Positions 20,080 through 30,287 of a stretch of DNA of 64,000 bases are shown piece by piece. Below the pieces are notes generated by a model. It was not told the origin of the DNA and did no database searches. It saw only the letters and a program-made list of their open reading frames with translations. Source of the stretch: Meiothermus sp. (GTDB lineage Bacteria; Deinococcota; Deinococci; Deinococcales; Thermaceae); the NCBI GenBank assembly GCA_033762915.1, contig JANRLD010000050.1, positions 1 to 64,000 on the forward strand, given 5' to 3'. How positions within the stretch are numbered: position 1 is the first letter of the stretch; every line of letters begins with the position of its first letter. Made by a program: the position numbers and the translations under genes.

Positions 20080-21426
20080 ATGACCCTAGACAGCCTTAGA
20101 ACGTTGTTGAGTGACCGGGTGAGCACCAACCCCACCGACCTCGAGACCCATGGCAGGGACGAAGCCTACCCGTACCCTTCGCTGCCGCAAGCTGTCGTCT
20201 ACGCGGAGGGCCTGGAGGATGTCCGGAAGACCCTCGAGTGGGCCGGACGGACCGGCACAGCGGTGATTCCCTTCGGGGCGGGGACCAGCCTCGAGGGCCA
20301 CATCCTGCCGCAAGGGAGCGCGGTCACGCTCGACCTGAGCCGGATGAACCGGGTGCTCGAGGTGCTCCCGCAGGACTTCACGGCGGTGGTGGAACCGGGC
20401 GTCACGCGGGAGCAGCTCAACCTGGCGCTCAAGGGCACCGGGTTGTTCTTCCCCGTAGACCCCGGGGCCAACGCCAGCCTGGGTGGGATGTGCGCCACCA
20501 ACGCCTCTGGCACTACCACCGTGCGCTACGGCGGGATGCGCCAGAACGTGCTGGCCCTGCAGGCGGTGCTGGCAAGCGGGGAGGTGCTCGAGCTGGGCCG
20601 CAACGTGCGCAAGACCAGCGCGGGCTACGACCTCAAGGACCTTTTCGTCGGCTCCGAGGGTACGCTGGGCGTCATCACCCGACTGACCTTGCGGCTGCAC
20701 CCCATACCCGAGCACGTCCATACGCTGCGTGTCCAGTTCGAGAGCCTCGAGGCCGCCGCCGACGCCGCCTACGCGGTGATGGCCTCGGGCCTCCCGGCCG
20801 CGCGGCTGGAGCTGCTCGACGAGCTGAGCTTCCGGGCCATCAACGCCTATCTGGGCCGCAGCTATCCCGAGCGGCCCGGGCTGTTCGTGGAGTTCCACTC
20901 CTCCACCGCTGCCGCCGCCGAGGCCGAGAGTGCGCTGGCCCTCGAGCTGATGGGGGACGCCGGGGCCACCGAGGTTCACCGTGCTGCCACCGCCGAGGAC
21001 CGCAGCGCCCAGTGGGAGGCCCGCCACCAGCTCTACTGGGCCCTGGTGGCGCAAAACCCTGGCGCCAAGAACATGATCACCGACACCGCTGTGCCGCTGT
21101 CGAGGATGCCCGAGCTGGTGCGCTTCTCGCAGGCGCTGCTCGGGGAGCTCGGCCTCCCCGGCAGCATCATCGGGCACGTGGGCGACGGCAACTTCCACAC
21201 TCTGATTGCCGCCGACGAGGCCACCTACCCCGTGGCCGAGCAGTTCGCCGCCCGCCTGGTCGAGGAGGCCCTGCGCCTGGGCGGCACCTGTTCCGGCGAG
21301 CACGGCGTGGGGCTGCGGAAGAAGAAGTACTTACCGGCCGAGCACGGCGCGGCCCTCGAGTGGATGCGCCAGATCAAGCGGCTCTTTGACCCGCAGGGGA
21401 TTTTGAATCCGGGCAAGGTGGTCTAG
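20080..21426 (+). CDS. FAD-linked oxidase (D-lactate dehydrogenase/GlcD-like)
   Basis: PFGAGTSLEGH, GSEGTLGVIT, GHVGDGNFH, SGEHGVG, DPQGILNPGK. Confidence 0.9.
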   Translation: MTLDSLRTLLSDRVSTNPTDLETHGRDEAYPYPSLPQAVVYAEGLEDVRKTLEWAGRTGTAVIPFGAGTSLEGHILPQGSAVTLDLSRMNRVLEVLPQDFTAVVEPGVTREQLNLALKGTGLFFPVDPGANASLGGMCATNASGTTTVRYGGMRQNVLALQAVLASGEVLELGRNVRKTSAGYDLKDLFVGSEGTLGVITRLTLRLHPIPEHVHTLRVQFESLEAAADAAYAVMASGLPAARLELLDELSFRAINAYLGRSYPERPGLFVEFHSSTAAAAEAESALALELMGDAGATEVHRAATAEDRSAQWEARHQLYWALVAQNPGAKNMITDTAVPLSRMPELVRFSQALLGELGLPGSIIGHVGDGNFHTLIAADEATYPVAEQFAARLVEEALRLGGTCSGEHGVGLRKKKYLPAEHGAALEWMRQIKRLFDPQGILNPGKVV

Positions 21427-21427
21427 G

Positions 21428-21792
21428 TTGGGGCCACTCGAGGCCGTTCGCCGGCTCTGCTTGTTTTTGCCCGAGGTCAGCGAGCGACCCAGCCACGGGC
21501 ACCCGGCCTTCTTCGTGCAGGGCGGGCGGGGCTTCGTGAAATACATGGACAACAACCACCACGGCGACGGCCGCCTGGCGCTGTGGTGCGCCGTGCCCTG
21601 GGGCGCACAGCAGGCCTTGGTTCAACACCGGCCTGAAGCCTACTTCCGCCGTACGTGGGCCACCGGGGCTGGGTGGGGGTTCGCCTGGACGCGGGGATGG
21701 ACTGGTCCGAGGTACGGGACGCGGTGACGGCCGCCTACCGCCAGGTCGCCCCTGGGCGTCTACTGGCCCGGCTGCACGAAGCCATAGAATAG
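21428..21792 (+). pseudogene. MmcQ/YjbR family protein, frameshifted
   Basis: First frame ...HHGDGRLALWCA...EAYFR; the expected continuation PYVGHRGWVGVRLD...AAYRQVAP lies in another frame from about 21649 to TAG 21792. Confidence 0.8.
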
Positions 21793-21796
21793 CCCC

Positions 21797-22450
21797 ATGC
21801 CCATCACCCATCTGCTCTTCGACCTGGACGGAACCCTGCTCGAGACTGAGCCTGGCATTCTGGGTACCTTCCGCCACACCCTCCGCACCCTGGGCCTGCC
21901 CGACCGCAGCGACGCCGAGCTGCGCCGCTACATCGGCCCGCCGCTGCGACAGGCCTGGGGCGAGCTGGTGGGGGAGGGCCTGATTGACGAAGCAGTGGAG
22001 ATCTACCGCCAGCGCTACGACGCAGCGGGCAAGCTCGAGGCCAACCACTACCCTGGAATGCCGGAGGCGCTCGAGGAACTCGCCCAACGCTACAGGCTGG
22101 TCGTCGCCACCTCCAAGCGCGTCCAGTTCGCCCGCGACATGACCGCCCACTTCGGCCTGGCTCAGCACTTCACCGCCGTCTACGGCGTGGTGCCCCCGCA
22201 CCTCTCCGAGCCCAAGGGCGAGCTGATCGCCCGGATTCTGGCCGACCTGGACCTTAACGCCGAGGCCGCCGTGATGATCGGCGACCGGGAGTTCGACATC
22301 GCTGGGGCCAATGCCAACGGGATGCGCTCGGTGGGGGTGCTGTGGGGCTATGGCAGCGCTGCCGAGCTGAGCCAGCACGGGGCCACCGCGCTGTGCGGGC
22401 GGCCCGCCGAGCTCGAGGGGCTGCTGGAGGGCCGGGGGGGTGGGGGGTGA
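21797..22450 (+). CDS. HAD-superfamily hydrolase
   Basis: LFDLDGTL, VATSK, MIGDREFDI, GVLWGYG. Confidence 0.9.
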   Translation: MPITHLLFDLDGTLLETEPGILGTFRHTLRTLGLPDRSDAELRRYIGPPLRQAWGELVGEGLIDEAVEIYRQRYDAAGKLEANHYPGMPEALEELAQRYRLVVATSKRVQFARDMTAHFGLAQHFTAVYGVVPPHLSEPKGELIARILADLDLNAEAAVMIGDREFDIAGANANGMRSVGVLWGYGSAAELSQHGATALCGRPAELEGLLEGRGGGG

Positions 22451-22461
22451 GGGCCCGGGCC

Positions 22462-25400
22462 TCAGGCCGAGGCCGCGGGGCGGACGACGGCCAGTAGCTG
22501 TTCCCTTTCCTGGGGTCGGGCGATGCCAAAGCCTTGCAGTAGCCGACAGCCGCGCTCGGTCAGCCAAGCCACCTGGTCGGGGGTCTCCACCCCCTCGGCC
22601 ACGGTGGGCAGGCCCAGCCCTTCCCCGATGGCCAGGATGGTCTTGAGCAGGGCCTCCTCGCGGGGGTCCTTGCCGATCCCGCTGACGAAGCTGCGGTCGA
22701 TCTTGATGCAGTCTATGGGGAGGTCCTTGAGGTAGCCCATCGAGGAGTTGCCCACCCCGAAGTCGTCGAGCGCAATGTGGACGCCCAGGGCCCGCAGCGC
22801 GGTGAGGTGCTGCTTGGCGCGGGGTAGGTCTTGGATCAGGGCGGTCTCGGTGATCTCAAGGTGTAGCCGGTCGCCGCTGATCCGGCCGGCCCGCAGGGCC
22901 GCCTCGACAGCCTGGGCAAAGCCGGAGTCGTAGAGGCTGCGGGCCGAGATGTTGACCGAGATCGGCAGGCCGTGGCTGTTGGCCTCGAGGCAAGCCTGCC
23001 GCAGTACCCGGCGGTCCACCTCGCGGATCAGCCCGGTCTCCTCGGCCAGGGGGATGAACTGCCCCGGCGCGACCCGACCGCGCACCGGGTGCTGCCAGCG
23101 CACCAGCGCCTCGAGCTTTCCCCAGCGCCCGCTGGCGGTGTCCAGGATGGGCTGGTATTCCAGGAAGATTTCGTCGCCCTGGAGGGCCCCCCGCAGATCG
23201 TGCAGCAATTGGAAGCGCTCGCGGCTGTAGCGGTCGAGTTCGGGGCTGTAGAAGATGAAGCCGCCTTCGGTCTCCTTGGCCCGGTACATGGCCACGTCGG
23301 CCACCCGCATCAGGTCGTCGAGGTTCTGGCCGTCCTGGGGGTAGAGCCCGATCCCCATGCTGGCCCCCACGTGTAGGTGGGCCCCCTCCAGGGCGAAGGG
23401 CCGCTGGAGGGCCTCGAGCACCCGCGAGGCCACCGGGGTGATCTCCTCCGGGCGGATGTCTTGCAGCAGCACTGCGAACTCGTCGCCGCCCAGCCGGGCC
23501 AGTACGTCGCCCTGGCGCACGCAGGCCTCGAGGCGCCTCGCCACCTGCATCAGCAGCTTGTCGCCCGCCTCGTGCCCGAGGGTGTCGTTGACCTCCTTGA
23601 AGCGGTTGAGGTCGAGGTAGAGCAGGGCGTTTTTCCGCCCGCCGCGTTGGCTCTGAGACAGGATGCGCTCGGCCTGCTCGCGCAGCATGCGGCGGTTGGG
23701 CAGGCCGGTCAGGGTGTCGTGGTAGGCCAGCCGCTCGATGGTGTGCTGCTGGGCCTTGCGCTCGCTGATGTCGCGCACGATACCCATCAGGGTGGCGGGG
23801 CCGTGGGGTCCGGCCTCGAGGCGGGCCGCCCCCACCTCCACCGGGACTACCGAACCGTCCAGCCGCAGGCAGGCCTCCTCGACGAAGGGGATCGCCCCCG
23901 GCTCCTCCATGCGCTGGCGGGCCAGGTGGTGGTGGTCGGGGTGGAGGAATCGCAGCACGCTCTGCCCCACCACCTGCCCGGCCTCCTCCGCCCCCACCAG
24001 CCGCAGGTAGCTGGCATTGGCGTAGAGGATGGTGCCGTCCGGCCCCACCTCGATGATGCCGTCGGGCGAAGTCTCGACCAGCGCGCGGAAGCGGGCTTCG
24101 CTGGCCCTGACCTGCTGCTCGGCGCGTTTGCGGTGGCGGATGTCGCGCCAAGTGCTCAGGCAGACCTGTTTGCCGTTGAAGGCCGTTGGGGTGATGGCGA
24201 TCTCGATGTCCACCACCTCGCCGTGCAGGTTGCGGAACTGGTCTTCGGTGAAGGGGATGGGGGTGCTGTGCTCGAGCGCCTGCAGGTACGACTCGCTGGG
24301 CAGGGGCGATCCGGGCACCGAGGCGTGCTTGAGCCAGTCGGTGAACGAGAGCCCCAGCACCTGCTCGGGCCGCTCGGCCCCCATGGTTCTCAGCCCGGCC
24401 GGGTTGACGTAGCTGAAGACCCCGCCCTCGAACAGCGTGACCGCGTCGGCCAGGTTGTCCAGCACGTTGCGGTAGAAGGCCTCCTGCTCGCGCAGTGAGG
24501 CGAAGCTGAGGGTGCGCTCCACCGCCAGGCTGACCTGGGCAGCGACCGCCGTCATCAGCTCGAGGTCGTCGGGGCCGAAGTGGTGGGTGCAGCTCTCGAG
24601 GTTGATCACCCCGACAGCCTGGCCACGGACGACCAGCGGAACCGCAATGTCCGAGCAGATATCGGGCAGGGGGTAGACGAAGTCGGGGTCCTGGCGGGCC
24701 TCCTCGATCAGGACGGGCTGTCCGGAGCGCAGGCAGCGGGCCATTACCCCGTTGCCCAGCGGGATGCGCTCGAGCCACTCCGGGTAGCCCACCTGGTGCT
24801 GCATCACCAGCTCCTGGCCCTGCCGCAGGTAGAGTGAGACCATGCCGTAACCGAAGGTGGCCGATATGGCCTCCACGGCGGCGCGGTAGAGGGGGCCGGG
24901 CTCGAGCTCGTGCCCCAGGGTCTGGCTCAGGCGCAGCAGCAGGCCCAGGCGCTGCCGCTGGCGCTCCGAGGCCGCCAGCAGCTCGCGGTTGCGGGCCTCG
25001 CTCTGGCGTAGGCTCTCCTCGGTCTGGCCGCGCTGGACGGCCTCGCCCAGGCTGGCGGCGGTGGTGCGCAGCACTCCCACCGCGTCCTCGCCCCAGCGCC
25101 GCTCGTGGCGGCGGTCTTCGAAGCCCAGCAAGCCCCACAGGGCCCTGCCCACGAAGATCGGCACCTCCAGGAACGACCGGGGGTTGCCGGGCTCGGTGGG
25201 AGGGTCGAGGCCGGGGGGGAGGGCCTGGGCGGTGTAGGTGTACTCCAGCACCTCGCCCCTCAGCAGCCGCCGGTGGAGGACATCTCGCGGCGGGCGGTTC
25301 TGGGTGGACGGGTCGCCCATGCTCGAGCGTACCCCCCGGCCGCACCACTCGTGGCGCCGGCTAACCCGCGTGCGGCCGGTCTCGTGGGGGTGGAATTGGT

Positions 25401-25554
25401 CAATATAGACCCGGTCGGCCCGCAGGGCTTGGCCCAAGATCTCCATCACCCTGGGAATCTGGGTCTGGAAGTCTTGGCGGGTGAGCAGGGAGTTGGTCTC
25501 CACCACGCCCCGAAACATCTGGTGCAGCCAAGGGTCGCCGAGGGATTCCGTCAC
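22462..25554 (-). CDS. GAF-GAF-PAS-PAS-GGDEF-EAL c-di-GMP metabolising protein
   Basis: AYHDTLTGLPNR, RLGGDEF, EALVRW, LEITET, ALDDFG, IKIDRSF, VAEGVE. Confidence 0.95.
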   Translation of the reverse strand: MTESLGDPWLHQMFRGVVETNSLLTRQDFQTQIPRVMEILGQALRADRVYIDQFHPHETGRTRVSRRHEWCGRGVRSSMGDPSTQNRPPRDVLHRRLLRGEVLEYTYTAQALPPGLDPPTEPGNPRSFLEVPIFVGRALWGLLGFEDRRHERRWGEDAVGVLRTTAASLGEAVQRGQTEESLRQSEARNRELLAASERQRQRLGLLLRLSQTLGHELEPGPLYRAAVEAISATFGYGMVSLYLRQGQELVMQHQVGYPEWLERIPLGNGVMARCLRSGQPVLIEEARQDPDFVYPLPDICSDIAVPLVVRGQAVGVINLESCTHHFGPDDLELMTAVAAQVSLAVERTLSFASLREQEAFYRNVLDNLADAVTLFEGGVFSYVNPAGLRTMGAERPEQVLGLSFTDWLKHASVPGSPLPSESYLQALEHSTPIPFTEDQFRNLHGEVVDIEIAITPTAFNGKQVCLSTWRDIRHRKRAEQQVRASEARFRALVETSPDGIIEVGPDGTILYANASYLRLVGAEEAGQVVGQSVLRFLHPDHHHLARQRMEEPGAIPFVEEACLRLDGSVVPVEVGAARLEAGPHGPATLMGIVRDISERKAQQHTIERLAYHDTLTGLPNRRMLREQAERILSQSQRGGRKNALLYLDLNRFKEVNDTLGHEAGDKLLMQVARRLEACVRQGDVLARLGGDEFAVLLQDIRPEEITPVASRVLEALQRPFALEGAHLHVGASMGIGLYPQDGQNLDDLMRVADVAMYRAKETEGGFIFYSPELDRYSRERFQLLHDLRGALQGDEIFLEYQPILDTASGRWGKLEALVRWQHPVRGRVAPGQFIPLAEETGLIREVDRRVLRQACLEANSHGLPISVNISARSLYDSGFAQAVEAALRAGRISGDRLHLEITETALIQDLPRAKQHLTALRALGVHIALDDFGVGNSSMGYLKDLPIDCIKIDRSFVSGIGKDPREEALLKTILAIGEGLGLPTVAEGVETPDQVAWLTERGCRLLQGFGIARPQEREQLLAVVRPAASA

Positions 25555-25622
25555 CCCACCACGCTAACAACCCTCTAGCCAATCTCTGGTTATTTTCACG
25601 CCAAAACACGGGGTTTTTTGAC

Positions 25623-25647
25623 CGTTAACCCCGCACGGGGGTTAACG
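25623..25647. promoter_or_regulatory. Inverted repeat upstream of the GGDEF/EAL gene
   Basis: CGTTAACCCC-N5-GGGGTTAACG; no following U-tract on the gene strand. Confidence 0.4.
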
Positions 25648-25653
25648 CCTTAC

Positions 25654-26262
25654 TTAGGCCTCGGCTACGCCCTGCCCGAACGAGCCCTGCCGCATCAGGG
25701 CCTGGGCCAGCTCGAGGCGGGCCACCAGGCTGGGGGCCTCGAGCAGCGCCTGCTTGTCCTCGGCCTCGACCTGCAGGTGGACGCACAAAAACGAGGCCTG
25801 ATACAGCGGGTCTTCGGGAAGGTTGGCGATGGCCTCCTCGAGGCGCTGGGGGTCGGCCACGCCGGCCACGTGGGCGCGGAAGGCGTCCATCGCGTCCCAG
25901 GCCGCCACCGCCTCCGCGCTCCGAGCGGAGCGCTCCAAAGGCATGGGGGTGCAGATGGCGGTGCGGTAGAGCCTGTCGAAGACCCCGGCCCCCTCGATGT
26001 GGCAGCGCTCGCCGCCCCGGCAGACGATGGTGAAGGTACCGTCGGGGTTTTCCTGCGCCCCGATCAGCTCGACGAAGGCTCCCACCTCGCGGAAGCTCTG
26101 CTCGCCATCGGCCAGGGTGATCACAAACTGCCGCCCACCCTCGGGGGCCTCGAGCAGGTCGCGGATCATCTGGCGGTAGCGGTCCTCGAAGATGTACAGC
26201 GGAATCATCAGCCCCGGAAACACTACGGTCTGGCCCAAGGGGAACAGTGGCATGCGGCTCAT
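25654..26262 (-). CDS. LON peptidase substrate-binding (N-terminal) domain protein
   Basis: MPLFPLGQTVVFPGLMIPLYIFEDRYRQMI; KQALLEAPS..ARL. Confidence 0.9.
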   Translation of the reverse strand: MSRMPLFPLGQTVVFPGLMIPLYIFEDRYRQMIRDLLEAPEGGRQFVITLADGEQSFREVGAFVELIGAQENPDGTFTIVCRGGERCHIEGAGVFDRLYRTAICTPMPLERSARSAEAVAAWDAMDAFRAHVAGVADPQRLEEAIANLPEDPLYQASFLCVHLQVEAEDKQALLEAPSLVARLELAQALMRQGSFGQGVAEA

Positions 26263-26303
26263 TGGGATAAGAGTAAACCTCTGGGGGATGTGAAGTGCAA
26301 ACC

Positions 26304-26738
26304 TCAGCCGCCTCTGGCCGCTTTCCAGCGGGCCTCGAGTTTCCCGAAGATGCGCTCGAGCTTTTCCGCCGGCAAGACCACCTGCTCGGTGGTGCCCTCG
26401 CCGATCAGGTCGCCCAGTTCGTTGTAGACCTGGAGGGCTGCGAACACGCGGTTGCCCTCGGTGCCGGTGTGGGTCGCCTCGAGGCGCACCCCCATGCCCA
26501 CCAGGGCCGAGGCGATGTGGTTGACCGCGACCTTGGAGCCGATGCCCTCTTCGCCCGGCTCGAGGAAGTCCAGGATGATCATCCGCCCTGCCAGTTCCAT
26601 GTGCCTGGCCATCCAGTAGGTCGAGTACACGTCGTGCAACTTCCCCAGCCGGGGGTCGGCCTGCTCAAAGTTCACCGTCATGGCCTCGGTAACGGTGGTC
26701 TCGAAGAAGGCTTGGTAGCCAATTGGAATGGGTTTCAT
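26304..26738 (-). CDS. Thioesterase family (FlK-like hot-dog fold)
   Basis: VYSTYWMARHMELAG, EGIGSKVAVNH. Confidence 0.85.
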   Translation of the reverse strand: MKPIPIGYQAFFETTVTEAMTVNFEQADPRLGKLHDVYSTYWMARHMELAGRMIILDFLEPGEEGIGSKVAVNHIASALVGMGVRLEATHTGTEGNRVFAALQVYNELGDLIGEGTTEQVVLPAEKLERIFGKLEARWKAARGG

Positions 26739-26969
26739 AGGCGGGGGCGAGCGGTGCGCGGGAGAAAACCAGGAAGGACCAAACCCTATAAAGCTGCTTT
26801 GGGCCGTTCGGCCCGTCGGGGGGGTAGCTCAATCGGCCGGCGACTGCGGTCAGGGGGTGGGGCGCTAAGGCCTCGGGGATCGGTTTTGACCTTTGACCCC
26901 GCCCTTGATGCCCAACATTTTACCCACACACGACACACTGCGCACCGCCTTCCGTGGCACAATGCGGGC

Positions 26970-27740
26970 GTGGAGACGGTGGTTTTTCTGCCCGGATATC
27001 TGGCCCCGCCCGCCGGGTTTCGCAGCCTGGCGGGGGCCCTGCGCCCCCATCAAACCCTCGAGCTGGGCCGCCACCCCAGCCCTGCGGGGGCGCTTGAGGC
27101 GTGGCGCGGTCAGGTTCCCCCGAACGCCCACCTGGCGGCGTTCGCCGAGGCCGCCTGGCCGGCCGCCCAACTCGCCGCCGAGACCCAGGCCCGCAGCCTG
27201 ATCCTGTTCAGCCCGATCCTCCGCGCCGACGCCGCCCTGAAGAGCCGCCTCGAGGCCCTTCGGCTGGCCCACCAGAACGGCCAGTTTGCCCAGGCCGCGA
27301 CGCCCTGGATGTTCGGGGCCTTCTTCCTCGAGCAGGGCCAGGAGCCCATCGCCTACTGGGCCGAGGAGGTGGGGTCCCTGGCGGTGGGGGAGTGGCTGGG
27401 GGCGCTGCACGGCCTGGGCGACGGGCGCAAGCACCTGCGCCGGCTGGAGTGCCCGGTGTTGGTGGTGGCCGGGGCCGAGGACGCCTTCACCCCGCTGCGC
27501 TACGCTCAGGAGGTGGTGGACTGGACGCCCCTCAACCCCAACGGCCTGGGCGCGGTGCGGGTCAGCATGGAGGGCTGCGGCCACCTGGCCCCTTGGGAGA
27601 ACCCCCTAGAGGCGGCCAACCTGCTTGAGGGCTTCGTCACCGGGGCCGACAGCGTCGGCGGCTCGAGCCCCAGGCTGGAACTGAACGTCAGCCGGGGGCA
27701 ACGCGGCGCGACGGAAGACGGCGAAAATTCCTCGAGGTAA
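26970..27740 (+). CDS. Alpha/beta hydrolase fold protein, apparently lacking the nucleophile Ser
   Basis: VVFLPG, PVLVVAGAED, GCGHLAPWENP; the GxSxG position reads AFAEA. Confidence 0.75.
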   Translation: METVVFLPGYLAPPAGFRSLAGALRPHQTLELGRHPSPAGALEAWRGQVPPNAHLAAFAEAAWPAAQLAAETQARSLILFSPILRADAALKSRLEALRLAHQNGQFAQAATPWMFGAFFLEQGQEPIAYWAEEVGSLAVGEWLGALHGLGDGRKHLRRLECPVLVVAGAEDAFTPLRYAQEVVDWTPLNPNGLGAVRVSMEGCGHLAPWENPLEAANLLEGFVTGADSVGGSSPRLELNVSRGQRGATEDGENSSR

Positions 27741-27791
27741 GCCCTGGCCGCCCCTTGCGGGCTTACGCGGCCTTTCAGGTAGGCTATTCCC

Positions 27792-28781
27792 ATGAAACCC
27801 GTAGCCCTAGACGCGATGGGGGGCGACCACGCCCCCAAGGCAACCGTGGAAGGCGCGCTGGCTGCCAGCAGGCAGGGGATTCCGGTGGTGCTGGTGGGGC
27901 AGACGGCGGTGCTGCGGGAGGAACTGGGGCGGCAGGGCTGCGAGCTTCCGGTCGTAGAGGCGCCGGAGTTCATTACCATGGGGGACGCCGCCACCGACGT
28001 GCGGAAGACGAAGGGCGCCTCGATCAACCGCTGCATGGAGCTGGTCAGGGCGGGCGAGGCCAGCAGTGTGGTGGCGATGGGGCACACCGGAGCGACCCTG
28101 GCCTCGGCGCTGTTCGGGCTGGGGCGTATCCGGGGGGTGGAGCGGCCCACCCTGCTGGTGGAGCTGCCCAGCGAGCGGGGCAAGACCTTCCTGGCCGACG
28201 GTGGGGCCAACGTGGACTGCAAGGCCGCCTGGCTGGTGCAGTTCGCGGTGATGGCCACCGCCTACGCCGAGGCCCAGGGGGTGCGCAACCCCAGCGTGGG
28301 GCTGCTCTCCATCGGCGAGGAGGAGGAGAAGGGCAACGCCCTCACCCTCGAGGCCTTCCCCCTGCTTAAGGCCGCCAAGGGCATCAACTTCTTCGGCAAT
28401 GTGGAGGGGCGCGACATCTTCAAGGCCACTACCGACATCGTTATCGCCGACGGCTTCGTCGGCAATGTGGTGCTTAAGCTCTCCGAGGGCGAAGCCCGCA
28501 CCCTGCTCAAGTGGGTGCGCGAGGCCCTGACCAGCTCGCTCGTCGCCAAACTGGGGGCATTGCTGGTGCGCGGCCCGCTGCAAAGCCTCCGCGCCCGCAT
28601 GGACCCCGCCGAGTACGGCGCGATGCCGCTTCTGGGCGTAGAGGGCGCGGTCTTCATCGGGCACGGCTCGGCAGACGGGCGGGCCGTGGCCAGCGCCATC
28701 CGCAAGGCCAAGGCGGTGGTCGAGGCCGATCTGGTGGAGAAGGTGAGGCAGGCAATTGGCGGGATGGCAGTTGAAGATTGA
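27792..28781 (+). CDS. plsX: Phosphate acyltransferase
   Basis: ALDAMGGDHAP, DGGANVD, IGEEEEKGN, GNVEGRD, DGFVGNVVLK. Confidence 0.95.
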   Translation: MKPVALDAMGGDHAPKATVEGALAASRQGIPVVLVGQTAVLREELGRQGCELPVVEAPEFITMGDAATDVRKTKGASINRCMELVRAGEASSVVAMGHTGATLASALFGLGRIRGVERPTLLVELPSERGKTFLADGGANVDCKAAWLVQFAVMATAYAEAQGVRNPSVGLLSIGEEEEKGNALTLEAFPLLKAAKGINFFGNVEGRDIFKATTDIVIADGFVGNVVLKLSEGEARTLLKWVREALTSSLVAKLGALLVRGPLQSLRARMDPAEYGAMPLLGVEGAVFIGHGSADGRAVASAIRKAKAVVEADLVEKVRQAIGGMAVED

Positions 28782-28858
28782 GGGTTGAAGGTCGGAGGCC
28801 CGTGCTGTGGTGATGGGGCGGCGCTGGGGCTCGGGACGGTTTTCAAAAACACCGCCTC

Positions 28859-28959
28859 ATTGCGGTTCCTACCATTACTTCCCTCGCGGCGGTAAGGTAC
28901 TCCCTACCACAAAAACCGCCCGCTTTAGCGCCGTAGGGAGTATGCGTGGGAACCGCTCT
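28859..28959 (+). mobile_element. MITE-like repeat family A
   Basis: TGCGGTTCCTAC...GTGGGAACCGCTC; 3' ~50 bp identical to the copy at 50875-50978. Confidence 0.85.
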
Positions 28960-29029
28960 CAGCCTACAAAACCGCCCTCGTGGATGCCACTCTTGGCCGG
29001 CTGTCCTTAACCTTCGGCGGGGCCGGTGC

Positions 29030-29100
29030 CGCCACGTTGAGCAGCAGCGGGAAGATGCTGAAGAAGGCGTAGTAGGCCAGCACCGAGCGCAACGGCACCG
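29030..29100 (-). pseudogene. YihY/BrkB family fragment
   Basis: Isolated peptide SVLAYYAFFSIFPLLL resembles the YihY first transmembrane motif; no full ORF. Confidence 0.5.
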
Positions 29101-29169
29101 GCGCTGGCCCGGGCCAGCCAGCCCAGCCGTTGGCGCAGGGTGTGCACCCTCTGGGGGCCGGTTGGTGGG

Positions 29170-29661
29170 TCATCCGCCAGGAGTCTGGGGCCGGCGGCTT
29201 TGGGGCGGCTGAGGCGGGGCGGCGGGTACCACCATCTTCTCGCTCAACCCCACCAGCACCACCGCGACCTTCAGGCGCTTAATCAGCGCCTCGACCAGCC
29301 GGGGTGGGGCGGGCTGGGCCAGCACCGCCAGCGCGTAGGGTCTGCCGCCGGGGCCGAGGGCATCGAGCAGTTCTCCTTCGAGCAGTCGTGCACTGACACC
29401 AACCCCGGCCCGCTCGAAGACCTGACGGGCCTGCTCGAGGGCCTCCTGGGCTAGCCTCCGGGCACTTTGCGGGTCTTCCGAGCCTTGGCCGGTGAGGGTT
29501 CGCACCCATGCCGCATCGCAGACCAAATGAACTCGGCAGTCCCCTATGGCCCCAGCCAGGGCCACCCCTTTCAGCGCCGCCGCGTGGCGGTGCAAACTGG
29601 TGTTGACCACCACCAGAAGGTGAGCGGTGGACGGACTCGGTTTGGCACTTAGCGAGAGCAT
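29170..29661 (-). CDS. Universal-stress-protein-like hypothetical
   Basis: HLLVVVN...S, ALEQARQVFERAGV, LLEGE, C-terminal LIKRLKVAVVLV pattern. Confidence 0.55.
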   Translation of the reverse strand: MLSLSAKPSPSTAHLLVVVNTSLHRHAAALKGVALAGAIGDCRVHLVCDAAWVRTLTGQGSEDPQSARRLAQEALEQARQVFERAGVGVSARLLEGELLDALGPGGRPYALAVLAQPAPPRLVEALIKRLKVAVVLVGLSEKMVVPAAPPQPPQSRRPQTPGG

Positions 29662-29963
29662 GGCTATGAAGTTTTGGGGCGGATGGGCGGAACCGGTAGT
29701 TCTGTCACCGAAGCGCCGTCTCAGGTCTGCCGGGGGACGCCAGGGCGGCTGGGTCGGCGGCTCCCGTACTTGTCTTCCAGAACCCTCCTTCTGAGCCGTT
29801 CTATGCCCTCGGAGGGCGTATCAGGCTGGCCCCGGCTGCGGCGGCGGTCGGGGAGCGCTCCGGACTCTCCTACAGGCCTCCATCCTCTAATTCCTTGTTA
29901 GGGAAGATGAACACGCGGGGCTGAGGCATTCCGGTGTCTACACTGAGCGCCCGCTGAGTCCGC

Positions 29964-30287
29964 TCAGGTCTGGCCGACCAGGGCGGTCTGGGGCAGCTCG
30001 AGCAGGCTGTCGTAGCCTCCGGAGGGGCCGGGCAGCTGGGGGCAGCGCTCGTCGCAGTGCCACTCGGCCCCATTAACCCAGTAGCGGAAGCGGTAGCTCC
30101 GGCCTGCCTCGAGTTCGAGGGTGACCCGCCAGTGCCCGTCGGCCCCCTGGGTCATGGGATAGCCGCAGGGGTTCCAGGACTCGTCCAAAAACTCGCCCAC
30201 CAGCCCGGCCTCGCGGGCGCGAATGTTGGCGGGCAGGGTGAAGGTCACCCGGCGCAGGGGGCTGTCAGCGGGATGCAACTGGATCAC
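29964..30287 (-). CDS. Isoamylase early-set / CBM48-like glycogen-binding domain protein
   Basis: VTFTLP, LVGEF..WN, WRVTLELEAGRSYRFRYWVNG.EW. Confidence 0.85.
   Translation of the reverse strand: MIQLHPADSPLRRVTFTLPANIRAREAGLVGEFLDESWNPCGYPMTQGADGHWRVTLELEAGRSYRFRYWVNGAEWHCDERCPQLPGPSGGYDSLLELPQTALVGQT

Noticed and set aside
19693..20135. ORFs 19693-20037 and 19734-20135 and similar peptides near 28807 and 50345-51045 (KTARFSAVGSMRGNRS)
   Set aside because: The shared peptides are translations of the family A repeat, not genes
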